Notes: a model not told the origin generated them from the letters alone. Shown: positions 11,761-25,615, counted from the first letter of the whole stretch. The stretch: 63,472 nt of DNA, filler included, from Phoronis australis (GCA_002633005.1; 14 parts of 14 records of this genome joined end to end with filler, not necessarily neighbours in it); one strand, 5' to 3'. Program-made: numbers and translations.

Positions 11761-14565
11761 ATGCACCCAGATATTTATATGTGGACGCATTATGCCGTCA
11801 TCTCTGTCTGTCCGTCTGCCCGGCGTCCGTCCGGCGTCCGTATGTCCGGCGTCTGTACGTCCAGCGTCCGCTGCTCTATCTCCAAAATCTTTTGATGTAC
11901 GTTCATGAAATTTTGCACATACGTTTTTTTCATGGATGGGACAGCATGAGCGAACTTTCGGATGGATCCGATTACCGGTGTGCCTCCTGGTGGCAATTTA
12001 ATTTTTTTACGCTTACCTCTGTATCTTCAAAGTTCCTCAAGGTATTTTCACAAAATTTGGCATATGGGCATCTATTAATGAAATAACGCTATCCTTGCGT
12101 TTTGGATGGATTCGATGTAGTTTGCGCCATCTAGTGGCCATTTTTGCTGTTTTCGAGTCTGTTTTTTAGCATCCACCCCTCTATCAACCAAACCGCTCTA
12201 AGGATGATTGTGAAAATTGGCATGTATGTTCTTACTTATGAAAGTGACGATGATTTTCCAACGACTTCAACTACTATGGCTCTTCCTAGTGGCAGTTTTG
12301 CTCTTTTGCGCCCATGGCTAGATCTCCTAAACCATTTGTAGGATCTTTGCTAAATTTAGCACGTGTAATATATGCAATACTGTTGACAACGGGTGACAAC
12401 AACTTCCGGACGGATCAGTGACTACCAGTGTGCCCCCTAGTGGCAATTTAAGCTTTTAGGTTTACCTCTGTATCTTCAAAGGTCCTCAATGGATTTTCAG
12501 AAAATTTGGAATATTAGGCATCTATTGGGGAGATGATGCTATCCTTCCGTTTTTGGATAGAATCGAGGTGCTTTGCACCACCTATGGCCATTTTTTCTGT
12601 TTTTGATCAACCAACCCATTCTAAGGATGATTTTGAAAATCGGCGTATATGTTCTCAGTGTGAAGAGGACGGTTGACGATAAGGAATTTGACTACTGTGG
12701 CGCCTCCTAGTGGTAGTTTTGTTTTGTTTTGCTTCCTCTCCTAAACTCACTGCAGGATCTGTATTAAAGGCAAAGACAACCTTTTTTCATGTCATTTGTA
12801 GCAAAAATAAGGCTCGTTGGTTATCCCAGACATATTTTTCACTTAATTACAGCTTTTCGTAATTTAATCAATTACTCATCCTCTACTCCGGAAGTGACAT
12901 TTTGGGAGCCAAGAATTTCGCGCCAATTTCTTTTCAAATAGTCTGACTGTGAGAGCTGTCGAGTCGGTCATAGTTCTACCTCGGTTGTGATAAGTTCGGT
13001 CGTCGTTTGCTTTTGTTTACGAGTCAGACAACATGCCACATTGTTTCTGCGTACCGGGATGTACTCATTATCGTCTCACGCGCTTTTTGGGAATACCAGG
13101 CTTTGTATCGCTTTCTGAAGGATGACACACTTCGCCGTACTTGGCTCGTTCGTTTGAAGAACGCAGCGTTACCCGTCAACGCAACGTTCAAAGCTGAGTA
13201 GAGGGTTACCGAGTGTGTGGCAAGCATTTTCTGCTATCAGATTACGAGAGAGATATGTACGCTGAATTGATGAAGATCCCCTGCGAAACAGTGCCTGAAG
13301 AAGGGTGCCATACCGTAGCTGTTGATTCCCGGCAGTGCTCCATCGCCACCCCCGAAAAGTGCGTTTTTGAAGCGAGAAGCCTCGCGAGCTGTGGCCACTA
13401 CAATGACTGGAGGCACTTCATCTACTGTCACCCTTGCCTCCAAACGTACAGAGCGTGCAATTCTGGGAACTAGCAGTGATTCACCCCGAACTGTTGTCGC
13501 TAGCACAGAGCCTGTAAGCAACCCTGCAGCAATGTTGAGTTGTGGGAGTGAACACAGGCCCAGTTCGATACTCAGTGAAGACGGCAATTCGTCGTTCAAT
13601 GAACAGGTCGGTGAGCCAAACTTTGATAAGTTTATTGTGGACTTGTCTAAAGTATTGGAGCTATTTAGAAAGTGCCAGGTGTGTGGCGAGGGAGTCACAC
13701 TGCGACATGTAAGCAGTTTAGGTGCTCGGGTCACCATCCAGTGGGAGTGTGTCGCGGGGCACTGGGGCAAGTAGGACAGTTGTGCCTGTGGGTACCCTGC
13801 CTCATTATACTCGGGCTCAAACATACAAAGTATACCCACCCACTGACTGCCCATGAAAAAATTCCTCGTCACCACTGCTATATGAACAATGTCTCCGTTA
13901 CTTACGTCACTACTGTCATTGTGATATGGGTCGCCTACTCCAGTCATTTTCAGATTAATACAAACTAACAAATCCCTAAATCCAACGTAATTGGGTTCTC
14001 TAACAACCTAGTTTGTCATAGAATACTCGTCAATTTTAGAAAAACAGCCCGAAACCAAAGTAGTACAGATCCTCGTACTAAACTCAACGCAGAACCAAAT
14101 TGGCGCAAAATTCTTGCCTCCCAAAATGTCACTTCCGCAGTAGAGAATGAGTAATTAATTAAATTACGAAAAATTATAATTAAGTGAAAAATATGTGTGG
14201 GATAACCAATGAACCTTATTTTTGCTAAAAGTGACATGAAAAAAGGTTGCCTTCGCCTTTAAATTTAGTAATTGTAAGCTAGCAACAGATGACGACGTCT
14301 TTCAGGCAGATCCAGTGAATGCTGTGCTCCATAATGGCAAGTTCATTTTTTCCATTTTCCTTTGTTTCTCTGAAGTTCCGTGACAGATTTTTTTGAAATT
14401 TGGTAAATAGCTTTCTATTAAAGTAGCGATGACATTTTCCCTTTGTCAGATGGATTGGTTGTTTTTGCACCATCTATTGGCTATTTTATGAAACAAATAA
14501 ACAACCCTAGAAGCATACCGTCTGTGATGCATTGGTGGGTGCATTTCAACGCTCCGCATTGTTGT
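11761..14565 (+). mobile_element. Helentron-associated non-autonomous element (HINE/DINE-1/pearl-like), interrupted by a Kolobok-type insertion
   Basis: T-rich flank, 5' ATGCACCC subTIR, (GTCC)-type microsatellite and ~450-bp core repeats (11950-12360, 12400-12760). Ends GGGTGCAT plus a small hairpin CAACGC-TCC-GCATTG at ~14537-14561. Confidence 0.7.
12768..14258 (+). mobile_element. Internally deleted Kolobok-type DNA transposon, copy 1
   Basis: TTAA TSD at 12764-12767 and 14259-14262; AG...CT termini; ~155-bp TIRs. Degenerate THAP-transposase 5' part on + from ATG 13033 (MPHCFCVPGC...) and a second-gene remnant on - from ATG 13947. Confidence 0.85.
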
Positions 14566-15691
14566 TGTTGTTTTATTAGTCAGATAAACATGGCTTAAGG
14601 CAACTTTAAGTGTACAGTTCGCAAATTGATAGATTTGAATTGGCATAATGTTTTTGGGAACTATGTGCTAAAGTTCATAATCTTGTATTTTGATGCCACT
14701 GACTGTGACCCTCATGTTTAATGTCACCAGACACATTTTTTGTACTAGTTATCCCATCAGGATTATCAGGAATTACTAATATCTGGTTCACATGCTGGCT
14801 TAAAACGCGTTAGCAGTTTTGCTAGCATTTACGTTAGCAGCAAAAAAGCAGTAACGTGAACAGTCGCAAGGGTCACCCCAACATGACTGAAAATGGGTCA
14901 ACATGCGCCAGATCCGCCATCTTGAAAGCAACTTCCAATTATTTAGCAACAGGTAGTCATAGAAAACTAATACCTGAAAAATTTCGAAGCAATTGTTCAT
15001 ATAATGCGCCCTCTACAGGAGAAAACGTTTTTTCGCCAGAAATCGAGGTGTGCATGCCTAATTGCCGATATTTCCGCCATCTTTGATTGGAAGTAAACGA
15101 TTTCCAGCTCATGTGTAGCACACATTCAGTACAATTTTTCGACCGATTTTCAGCCGTGTACGTCAAAAATTACCGCCTTTATGAGCATTTGAATCTGGAA
15201 TTGAAAACATCATGGCTGCCACATCCGTCATCTTAGTTACGATTATGACGAAAAACAATAGGGTTCCTTGGCGATTATGAACAACACTATAACATTCATT
15301 TGACTAGTTAAGATGTCAGAAATCAGTAAGAAATAGGCTACAGTCTTGAGCGACACTTGGCGAAATTAACTGAAAAGGTGACGACGAAGATGGAGATGAC
15401 AACGGCGATGATAGTGGCGATTATGAGCAACACGATAACATTCATATGACTAGCGAAGATGTCAGAAATCAGTAAGAAGTAGGCTACTGTCTTGTTCAAT
15501 ACAATTTAAACCAACATCAGTGCAGCAAGACCCGAGGAACAGTGCTACCAGAAAATCTCGAATGATTCAAAAAGTAGACGTTGCATCGAAAAATGGAAAA
15601 TATCTTCTGAAAGCCCATTGAAAACTCTATCTAACATGTTAGTTTTTTAAATTTATGTGGATTTTTTGAAAAAATTGATATTTTGCATTTT

Positions 15692-16060
15692 TATGCGCCC
15701 ACATATTTATATGTGGACGCATTATGCCGTCATCTCTGTCCGTCCGTCCGTCCGTCCGTCCGGGCGGCGTCCGACCGGCGTCCGCTGCTCTATCTCTAAA
15801 CCCTTTGGCATACGTTCATGAAATTTGGCACATATGTTCCATTCATGAATGGGACGGCATGTGCGAACTTTCGGACGGATCCGACTACTGGTGTGCCCCC
15901 TAGTGGCAATTTTAGTTTTTTACGCTTACCTTTGTATCTTCAAAAGTCCTGAACGGATTTTCATGAAATTTGGTATGTAGGCACCTAGTAGTGAGATGAC
16001 GCTATCCTGCCGTTTTCGGATGGATTCGACATAGTTTGCGCCACCTAGTGGCCATTTTTA
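15692..16060 (+). mobile_element. Second HINE/Helentron-type copy (5' part, truncated by contig end)
   Basis: Close match to 11761-12140, including the (GTCC)n tract. Confidence 0.75.
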
Positions 16061-19000
16061 NNNNNNNNNNNNNNNNNNNNNNNNNNNNNNNNNNNNNNNN
16101 NNNNTTAATTAATTAANNNNNNNNNNNNNNNNNNNNNNNNNNNNNNNNNNNNNNNNNNNNAACTGTGAACTGATTCTTTTTGAGGTGAGGGTGTCGAGGT
16201 TTTCCGTCTTCGTCTTTATGGAGGTTCCTGAAAGTCTCCCTTGTGAACCATTCTAGGATGGTGCATGGTCAGAGTGTGTGGACAGAAGGCTGTGGAGGGT
16301 AGCACATGGATTATGCGGAAGTACGTGTAATATAGTCATTAAAATGGAGTTAGGACTTTATGGCCAACTGCAACGCATTTACATTGGCCAGCTGTTACTG
16401 GCCCACCGTGTGGAGAGATCCTGAGCTTAATGGGCCGAAATGATGATTGCAGTTGACCGTGGAGCACAATCATCTATCACCTAAGTCTTCAGTCGGAATA
16501 ATTAATAGCCTGGGTCTGATCTATCCTAAGATGTGAGGTAGCCGTTTTAAGAAAAAACAGTAGTAAGAATAATTAGAGTCAAAAATGACTGATTTTCATG
16601 ATACGTATTCACAATTTCAGAAGCATAGTTTACGAACTGCTTTGGACTCCTGCTATTGATATAAAGAAGAACTGAACTCAAGTTTGAAATGTTTAGTAAC
16701 TTTCTGTTTCAGTTTGGTCTCTTAAAAATGGTTTTAGATAAACTAATAAAAGATACATTTTTTAAGCCCATTACCTAAGATGGAAATCACGAAATAGCTA
16801 TGTCAAAGGTACATGGGCAACCATTGCCTCCAACATCTCCAGAGCACTAAATATTCATGAGCAAACCAAACATCGGTTCAGCGAATTAGACTTTCCTACA
16901 GTATGTTAAAATGTACTCTCGAAAATGGACCTACAATTGTCAGCTTTCTACAATTTTGTGAACACTTCAGTTAAAATGTTGCAAAGAAGCTAAAATTTCT
17001 CATTTCACGGATTGTCATTTCTGTTTTTAAGTCAAAAATTTTATAGGTCTTATAACTTTCTATGAAATCTGAAAAGTGTCGGATATTTTATGCTTCGGCT
17101 TTGTTTAAAGAGACTCTAAATCCGCCTTCCTTAAAAAGCCCATTTGACTAGAATACTTTGCACTATAAATCTGGTCTTAAATTTTCTTTACTCGAGTTCG
17201 AGACAATACTTGGGCTTGTTTGATAACAGGCTCGATACGTTGGTTTGTACACTGCGTGTCACTGATTTTATGCGTCAAGTACACGTATAAAGGCCTTAAG
17301 CACTGCCTATCTGTCAGTACATCAATAGCCCAGAAATCATTCTTTATCTGAATAAGGAACACGCTACGACCAAATTGAAAGCGGAAACCACCTAACTCAA
17401 ACGTTGAATTTAACGTCCAAAGGCGTGTTCATAGCCGCCTTAATTAGGCCAATGCCCACACAGCTTCTTTCAGGACCGAGGTTTTGTTCCCTGAACTCGA
17501 AACGTGACTCCACACGACTATTTAAAAATAAATTAATCTCATTTTAAAAAATAGAGTGCAAAGTATCTGAAAAAGCCCTGGTTACTGGGATAATTTCTAT
17601 TTCTAAACTGTGATCCACTCATAATTGGATGAAACGTTTTTCACAAATTATAAAGTTGGAGCGTAAGACCAAACTCATGTCTAAGTGTTAAGCCATTACT
17701 TTATGCTGCAGGCCCCAGTATACGATTGGCAACGTTTACGGCTTAGGCAATGTTCCCGTAGAATTGAACCGGAGTCAACATTAAGAGATTTTCAAAATAG
17801 AAGAGGAAATGAACTTTGTCAAAAACGTAAAAATGTGGTTAAGTGTTCGGGTTCACAAATTTATTTTCAGAGGCGCTGAATGATATTTTCGGCTACAAAA
17901 CAAACTTGCAGTAGAATTTACGATCAATGTCTTACAAATAATGACACTGGGATGTTTGATCAGAATTCTTTTTCTCAATCAGACATCATTCGAGTAAGAA
18001 ACGAACGCGAGGTTCAATTTGAGCTCGGTCGATTAACTTGAATTCCGTAACTACAAGTACACGGACGCGTACTTGTAAGTCTAGTCTTTCAAACGGTCAA
18101 ATGAGTCATTTTTATGCAAGGGAGAAACACCTGAATACTGTACTATTTAGGATACCAAAGAAAAATGAAACAGGCAGTATATAATACATGTACAAATCAT
18201 ATAAAGTTGACTGTTATTAGAAATAGAGTGAGTGCACTCTGTGTGAAAGGAGACACGTGAGAGACGGTACTGCGGTCACCCGATACAATGTACGTGTGCA
18301 TTCTCCAGTTTTCGCGTGCCTACTGACTGACTTGATTTGTATATTTACAGATTTATGTTTTCTCGGACTTTTTGTTTCTCTGAGGCGGGCCTTTTTACCC
18401 ATTTCGCCAAATGGGGGGCTCGTTCAAGCCCCCCGAACCACCCCCCGTGGGTGCGCGCATGCATACAGAAAATGCTTAGTGCCTACAAGATCACGTTTTC
18501 CGGAAATGTACGAATACAGTACCGAGTGACCCTAGAAGAGGCAATGAGTGCTAGAAAACAAAAGAATATCAAAACACAATTTACCCAACGTTTCCTTGTA
18601 CTGAATGTCTGTGAATAAATAATATCTTTGGTTTATATTTCATAAGGAGTTCTACTGCAAAGGAGCTTCGTGGCAAATCGGGAAGGAAAATATTTAGGAA
18701 ATGAAAAAGAAACAAGGAATCCGATTATCTTTACAACAATAAGTATTTCTGACATCAAAAGCTCATCGAAAGTAGAAATACATAGCTTTGACCATACCGC
18801 AAAGCAATTTAAAATTTGAATTTGTAAAAGTAAAATAGTTCATAATTTAAACTGTATATTTTCACTTGCGAACAAGGTTTCAGAATAATCGCAAACAAAT
18901 TCAGTCTAAAAAAATTCCAAAGCTCTTAAGTTTGTCTTAACAAGTACAACAATGTTGTGAAGTACTTTACACTTTGTGCTCGTCGAACGGGCGTCTTGTA

Positions 19001-19063
19001 ACGTCATTCTATTGGCAAACTTCACTGCAGCAATGAAACAACTTAAGAATTCAGTTATAATAC

Positions 19064-19256
19064 CTTTTGGGTTTATCTTTTCTTCCGGTTCATCTTGTTC
19101 GTGGTTCCATGTGGGTTCAACGTCATCTGGCATGTCTTCCTTAGGTGGGTCGGCCCACGGCTGTTTCTCGCCGGAAGCGAATATGGCGTAAAACGTGACA
19201 CCGATGTAGTGTATAAGGGCAGCTGCCAGAAACACTTTCTGCCATTCTTCGGCCGT
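19064..19256 (-). CDS. Vesicular glutamate transporter (SLC17A6/7/8, eat-4-like) exon, TM12 region
   Basis: [37 protein letters not shown] matches the VGLUT TM12 region. Acceptor tttcag at 19257. The donor G|GTATTA at 19063 is tentative. Confidence 0.88.
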
Positions 19257-19419
19257 CTGAAACAATGGATAAAATATATGTCTTTGAAACTTGGTCAGCG
19301 TTCTGTAGACCACGAGACATTATAAGATCCAAATGGTCATAAACATAGGTCTCCAATAAATCTTACAAATCAAATGGTCAGGAAAAATAACCACTAAAAC
19401 TGTTGGAACAGAGCGAGTC

Positions 19420-19525
19420 AGATTAAGAGGCAAACGTAGAAGTGGGTCGGCTACACACTGAGAAAGCCGGGATAAGGCAACGAAAGCGAGGAGGTCCTAT
19501 ACAAAACTGGAGAAGAACTGTCAGT
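19420..19525 (+). mobile_element. RTE-type LINE 3' fragment
   Basis: KWVGYTLRK...QRKRGGPIQNWRRTV resembles the WxGHxLR...RxRGRP..TW C-terminal motif of RTE-type RTs. Confidence 0.55.
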
Positions 19526-21250
19526 CTTATCACCTCTCCATTGGTATGTCGTGGAACGAGATTCGAGCGAAGCCTACCGGGTGAACGACTTCATATCAAA
19601 AGAATGGAGTGGTAGCCTAGTTTTATCTCCCGAGGATGCATTCAGCAGCTTTATATGCGCCAACTGAAGAACAATATTACGCAATGTGGATTCGAACCAG
19701 ACTGCCAATCATCAAGCTTCCACTCGTCATTCATGCGCTGACCAAAACATATACTGCGCGCTTGTTGACGTGCACGTACTAAAAGAAACACGTGTTATAT
19801 GAAGTCATGCTGATGGGCTAAAACTTCGCCTTCTTCTCCTCTTTGACTTCCGCTGGTGTCTTCTCAAATTTCTATAAACTCAGTGGCATTTGTTTTTGCA
19901 TAAGTTTTAATGTAGAACTCGGGTGAAACTAACCTTAGCTGGCGTCAGGACTACACGTTATACAGTGGTAAGCATGTATCACGAGGGTTCACCTTGACTA
20001 TTACTTTAAGGGGGACACGCAGGATTTGAGTAACCATGATGGCTGAACCTCGGGATTCGCCTCCCTCCTATGGTGGNNNNNNNNNNNNNNNNNNNNNNNN
20101 NNNNNNNNNNNNNNNNNNNNTTAATTAATTAANNNNNNNNNNNNNNNNNNNNNNNNNNNNNNNNNNNNNNNNNNNNCCCCCCCCAAAGTACTCACAAGGG
20201 TGAACGCTATGAGATCTGGCCCACCGACTAGAACCTTGAAGAGTCATTTTCAGCAACAGCGTGCCTAATAGAGCTTCCCATTTTACCAACCATTACAAAC
20301 AGTTTCCCCAAAGCAGTCCTTATGCAGACCCTAATGAATAAGGCAAAGTGTATTGGAGACGCAAAGTCTGACTTCCTCAAACTGCATGTAATAACACCCC
20401 AGAGTTGTCAAAATATCTGATTTGGTAGTCCCATATTCCTACAACGACACCAGTTCAACCTCAACAATTTTTCACACCCTACTGTCGGGCGACTTAAACG
20501 TATCTCAGCTTTTTTGAAAGTTGGGATCATCGGAGCACTTCTACTGTTATGATCGTTGCAGTTTGATGTCGATTTAATTGATTATCTCTAAGGTCAATTT
20601 TTATTGGTAATCATCACAAAGTTCATTTGTTCGTTAAACTATGCATGGTAGCACTAATGTCGCTACTCACATACTTGAGGTAACTGAAACCATATTTACT
20701 GATCTTCATTCTAACTCGTATATGAAAAAATGGGCTTTTTCAACTACATGCAATAAAGCTCTATATTTTTGAAAGAAAAACAACCAGTGAAGGTTTACAA
20801 AAATATATCGTATCATAAATTGTATTAAACGCATTTGGCCCAATGTGAAATAAACAAAAATAACGGCCAGGAACCTTTGCACACGCAGCCAACACACGTA
20901 CATGTAAGAGTTGTTCTTTTCTTTTAAGGGCAAAGTGCACGTATTTAATAATAGATGTATCTGGATTAGCTTGCAGGCTTATACAGGATTCCCGAGTTGG
21001 ATGCTTCCATTGAACTTTTTTACAAAACGTGACCTACAGTCACAATATCATTTGAAAATCAAAAGCAAGAGGTATTCATCCTCTACAAACCATCTGTGCA
21101 AATGAATAATAATCTACATGTATGGTAATATTTCAGTTCCTCCTGTCTACCCTCTTTCAAGTGTAGTTTTTTGGTTGGATCAACGTAACCGAATAAGACT
21201 ATTAAGTAACGGTAACTTAAGACTTGGATCGAAACAATACATAGTCTTAA

Positions 21251-21610
21251 AAGGGGACTGTAGTCAAAATAATGTTGCAGTTAATCGGTTCTTACATACA
21301 AATAAAACTCACATTTGCCTGACTTGCGTGCCAAACTAAAGCCAATTCGAATTCATGGTCAAAACACTGAATTCTGAAAGCGATCGCTGATTGGCTGATG
21401 TGTCAGTGACGTGAACGGCGCGGTATCGTCTGTTTTACACATTCATTGCTTATGTCATATTTGAAGAGTTTACATCGTAATTTATCATAGTATCACTGTT
21501 TGCCACAGTGCTGTAAAAGGTTGGCTATGTCTTTTTGTATGGCACCTGGTTGCTCAAACTCTTCGAAAAAGGTGTCTTCTAAAGGGATGGTCATCGCATA
21601 CCATCGCCGG
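21251..21610 (+). mobile_element. Truncated 5' end of another THAP-encoding (Kolobok-like) element
   Basis: TTAA|AAGGGGACTGTAG start. ATG 21527 gives MSFCMAPGCSNSSKK...IAYHR, a THAP N-terminus (CxxxxC...HR), which then breaks off. No matching 3' TIR in the contig. Confidence 0.5.
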
Positions 21611-24177
21611 GTCACCCAAGCCTTGGCCCAAAGCTCAGTGTATACTAGATATATAGTCCGGATACCTATCGTCGTCAGGCTCCAAAGGTCGCCCGCCATC
21701 TTGTTTCGCGTGCAGCGCAACCACGCGGGACTTAGCGTTCCAATTTGGAGTGCTCGTCTGCACGTTAGGTACTAACCTCTCGGGAGAAACACGCATGGAA
21801 GAACTGAGACTAAAATTAGTGCATGTACCGACTGTTTTTTTGAGACCACTTAAAAACTAGTCGATTTTACTAATGCACTTTTTTGTTCATTTTCAGAAGA
21901 TATTTTCGAAATGAAATTTTCTTCAGACGGAACAAAAAGCAACTCAGGGATTGTCTATGCAATGTATCTATTTGTCCCAGGCACTAACCGACACCTCTTA
22001 GGCCAAAGGAAAAACGCAGCAGACAAATGGAACACGCTGGGTGCTTAACAGTTTCGACCCACGCCTTGGTCATCAAAACATTGTCCACTTGTTTTTTNNN
22101 NNNNNNNNNNNNNNNNNNNNNNNNNNNNNNNNNNNNNNNNNTTAATTAATTAANNNNNNNNNNNNNNNNNNNNNNNNNNNNNNNNNNNNNNNNNNNNGCA
22201 CGTGAGCCGATTTCAAAGTCGGAATTTTAATTGTGTAATCTCAATAAACGCCGAAACATTTTTTTAAAGCGTTACCACCGCCATGACCCTGTTTCTCCAA
22301 AGGAATTTTATTATTACATCTCAGTACATCTTAAGATATTTAATAGCCTTTAGTATACCACGTTTTTGTCCTCGCTTTCTTTTTTCATTAAAAGATCCGA
22401 AAATATTCTATTCATTTACGTTCAATATTAGGGGAACTTTTAAATACACTGTAGATGTGGCTTCCAATTCCCGAGCCAATGATCACGTGATTAATACGCC
22501 CACTTGACCCCTACTTTACTGATGTGTATTAATTCACATTTGCACGCGAGAATGATTGACAGGCGGCAAAGTGACGACATTGGCCTCATGTCCACAACTC
22601 GGGTTGCGTGGAATAAAACGAAACAAAGACATGTTACACAAAAATCAATATATTTAACTTGTCCGAAGGTTATCTGCTCAGTTCATGCCGACTTAATGCA
22701 GACAATTTTCATTGCTTCTGGTGTGTAATTCAAAGTTCGTACCTGTGATCGTCTGGGTTGCAAATTAAGAAATCGTCAAGCCAAAGCTGGTCGATTCGTA
22801 TCAGTCAGGCTTACTAGTTCGATAGGAGTTTTAAAAACCGACAGACTCTTCATTTTTGCTGAATTTGATTCAACTAAAATAAACACTTTAACTTGGTATT
22901 TCCTATCAAATCTCAACAAATTTAACAGCACAGTGACTGAGAAATTTAATTTGGTTGAGTTTTGAAATTGTTTTGCAGTTTTTTGTTTGTTATTGAAACA
23001 AATACAACAATGAAAAGGATGCATTTTCGTTTTTACAGCGTTTTTACAGCCCATCAGAAGAGTCTAATGGATATTACACCATCGGTATGAGATTCTTTCT
23101 AATTGCGTCTTATGGAACTGCGCATGCGTTTTAATTATGTAATCGTTGTAAGAATCTCGAAAAATGGCCAAACTTGGCAAATGTTGGAACACCATACTGA
23201 TCGATTTCATATGAAACTTTTAGATGCCATATGTGATATGGCGGTTTAGAGTGTCCGGAAAATTTTTGGCGTTTCAATCATGAGGAGTCCCGATATTACT
23301 CGTGACAAATGCAAAAGGTCTGTGCACCATGTCTATGACTGGTGTTTCACTACCGCTTACTTATTGTAGACTAGCTCTACTAGTTCCGTGCTGTTATTCT
23401 ATCGCTGACAGGTTGTCTCCATGTATAAATAGAGAATTGTACCAAAAACGACATACTTACCAACTTGTCGCAATTAAGTTGACGTCAGTCTATAGGAACT
23501 AACTGTTGAACACTTATATACTCTATTAAACAGCGAATGTCCCGCATTGGAGCTATGTTATTGGATTTGAACCTTCTCGTATCCCGCACAATTAATTCCA
23601 TGCCGCTGTGGAGGATAGCGGAAAAATGTATTCACTATTGTTAAAAATGCATCAAAATTCTAAAGGGATGTATCAACTGGGTACTTTACGTTTATGAAAA
23701 CTTTCAAACACTGAATTCCCGCATTGAAGTCCGAACTTATCGAGTTTTAATGTNNNNNNNNNNNNNNNNNNNNNNNNNNNNNNNNNNNNNNNNNNNNTTA
23801 ATTAATTAANNNNNNNNNNNNNNNNNNNNNNNNNNNNNNNNNNNNNNNNNNNNTACGGAGAAATCGGCGGCAAGCGTCGAGCATTTTAACACAACATAAT
23901 TCAACTAAGTAAAGGTTAGTGACGTGTTTTTCGGAAAATTGAGCAAAAAAAGAAATGTATGTTCATAGTGAAACAATATAAAAACAATGCATCTAAGGCA
24001 TAGATATCAAAGATGAAACGGCAATAGTAAAATGAAATAATGCCTTTTACTTTTTTTCATAAAAATTACCAAAACCTCAATTCTTTATTTATATTTTTTT
24101 AAGTTACTTTTAAACTTTAACAAATTGATGTATAAGTGGTTAACATGTTTAACATGCTTATTGACATTGTTTCTAGG

Positions 24178-24577
24178 GTTGACAAGAACTCTGGGTTCTA
24201 CAGGAGGATCGGGCAGACTGGGTTACACAGCTGGCTCGGGTGTAAGAGGACAGTTCAAGTCATTTGATGCCAGCCTGCAATCTACTGGGAAGAGGTCTGA
24301 TGCACAGCTTGGGGGCGACACCTTCGGAAATACCGACAGTATTCATGTCAGCGAGTCGATTGATGAACCAGGTGGATTAACACAGACTTTAGAGGGAGCC
24401 AGTGGTCTAACAGAAACGTTAGATAAGTCACAATCAGGGCAAGAGAATCAAGACTCACAACCAGCTATAAAGGGTGCACGACCGTTAACAGTGTCTGTAA
24501 AAATGCCATCATTGCAGGGTGCAGAATTGTCAGACACAGAGACTGATGATATATCAGAATATTCTTTGGGCAATTGA
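24178..24577 (+). CDS. Putative terminal coding exon of an unidentified gene (Gly/Ser/Thr-rich, disordered)
   Basis: Acceptor-like tttctag followed by ~400 nt of open, GC-richer sequence ending TGA, then AT-rich UTR-like DNA. No recognised family. Confidence 0.4.
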
Positions 24578-25555
24578 TAGCAACTCATCCAGCTTACTTA
24601 CATGCAGGACAATTTATATTTTGGACTTTATAAAAATGCATCTTCACAAAATTACACTTTCACAAGTACGGTGCGTAGAGTTAAATGAATCAGTCATCAC
24701 ATGGCTTTTAGTTTGTTTTAAAGGTCATAAAATGAGATTTACATAATGATCAGTGCCAGGTGTGAATTTTGCAGGATGTTTTAAAACATTGACAAGGGTG
24801 AATGTGATGCTCAGCAAATTCTTGATTTCATAGAGAATCTTGTATTATGAGGAGCTTGGAATTTACATCACATCTGGTGCCATTATCCCACATATGCACA
24901 GCTTAGTTAACATCAAGTGTCACATAGATAAACTGGCTGGAAGAAGGTGTGTATTGTTATATGATCAAAACATGTCAATGATGTATTGTTATATAATCAA
25001 ATTATGTTAATGATGTATTGCTTAAATAGTTCAATAACAACCAGGCTTTTTAAAGACTGTAAAGATTTGTGATTCTCAAGTTTTAACTTATTTCAATTTG
25101 TATAATTTGATTTTAATTAAATATCAATATTACACTATCTGTTTCTTCTGTCAGATGCAAAAACAACATTTTAGTACAAGAAATTTACACAAACACCCTA
25201 TTAACGTAATCACAAGAATGTAATATTTTCCAGCTCAGAAAAAATGAAGTTCAGCATTCCTTGTCAAAACTGTCACCCCTAGTCGTAAATAATCCAGATT
25301 TGTGTTTGTCCATCTTATGAGATACAGTTCCAATTGTCCTCCAGGTTGTGTGGTAACTAGGTTCAGAATAACCGCATGTTGTTTTTCAACCAGTCACTAG
25401 CAGCAACAATATATCACTTGTTTATCATGCACTGATGGAGTGGCACACTTATATCTGTCAATTCCAGGAACACCATTGTATTTTAATACTGGGGGTCCCA
25501 ACCTGGCACCATGTCAGTTTATGAGCCGTAATCTTCATTTCTGAACTTAATCATG

Positions 25556-25615
25556 TCAGCTTGACTCTGGTGATGGAGGAGGCTTGATGTGCGCTGGAAG
25601 TTTTTCTAGTCTGGT
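25556..25615 (-). CDS. MRPS10: Mitochondrial ribosomal protein S10, last exon
   Basis: ttttccag|TRLEKLPAHIKPPPSPESS* (human TQLEQLPEHIK). Phase 0 matches the preceding exon. Confidence 0.85.
   Translation of the reverse strand, partial: TRLEKLPAHIKPPPSPESS

Noticed and set aside
13237-13971. 244-aa minus-strand ORF as a gene
   Set aside because: It is a chimera of a frameshifted KolX-like remnant and the antisense of the transposase across the deletion junction.
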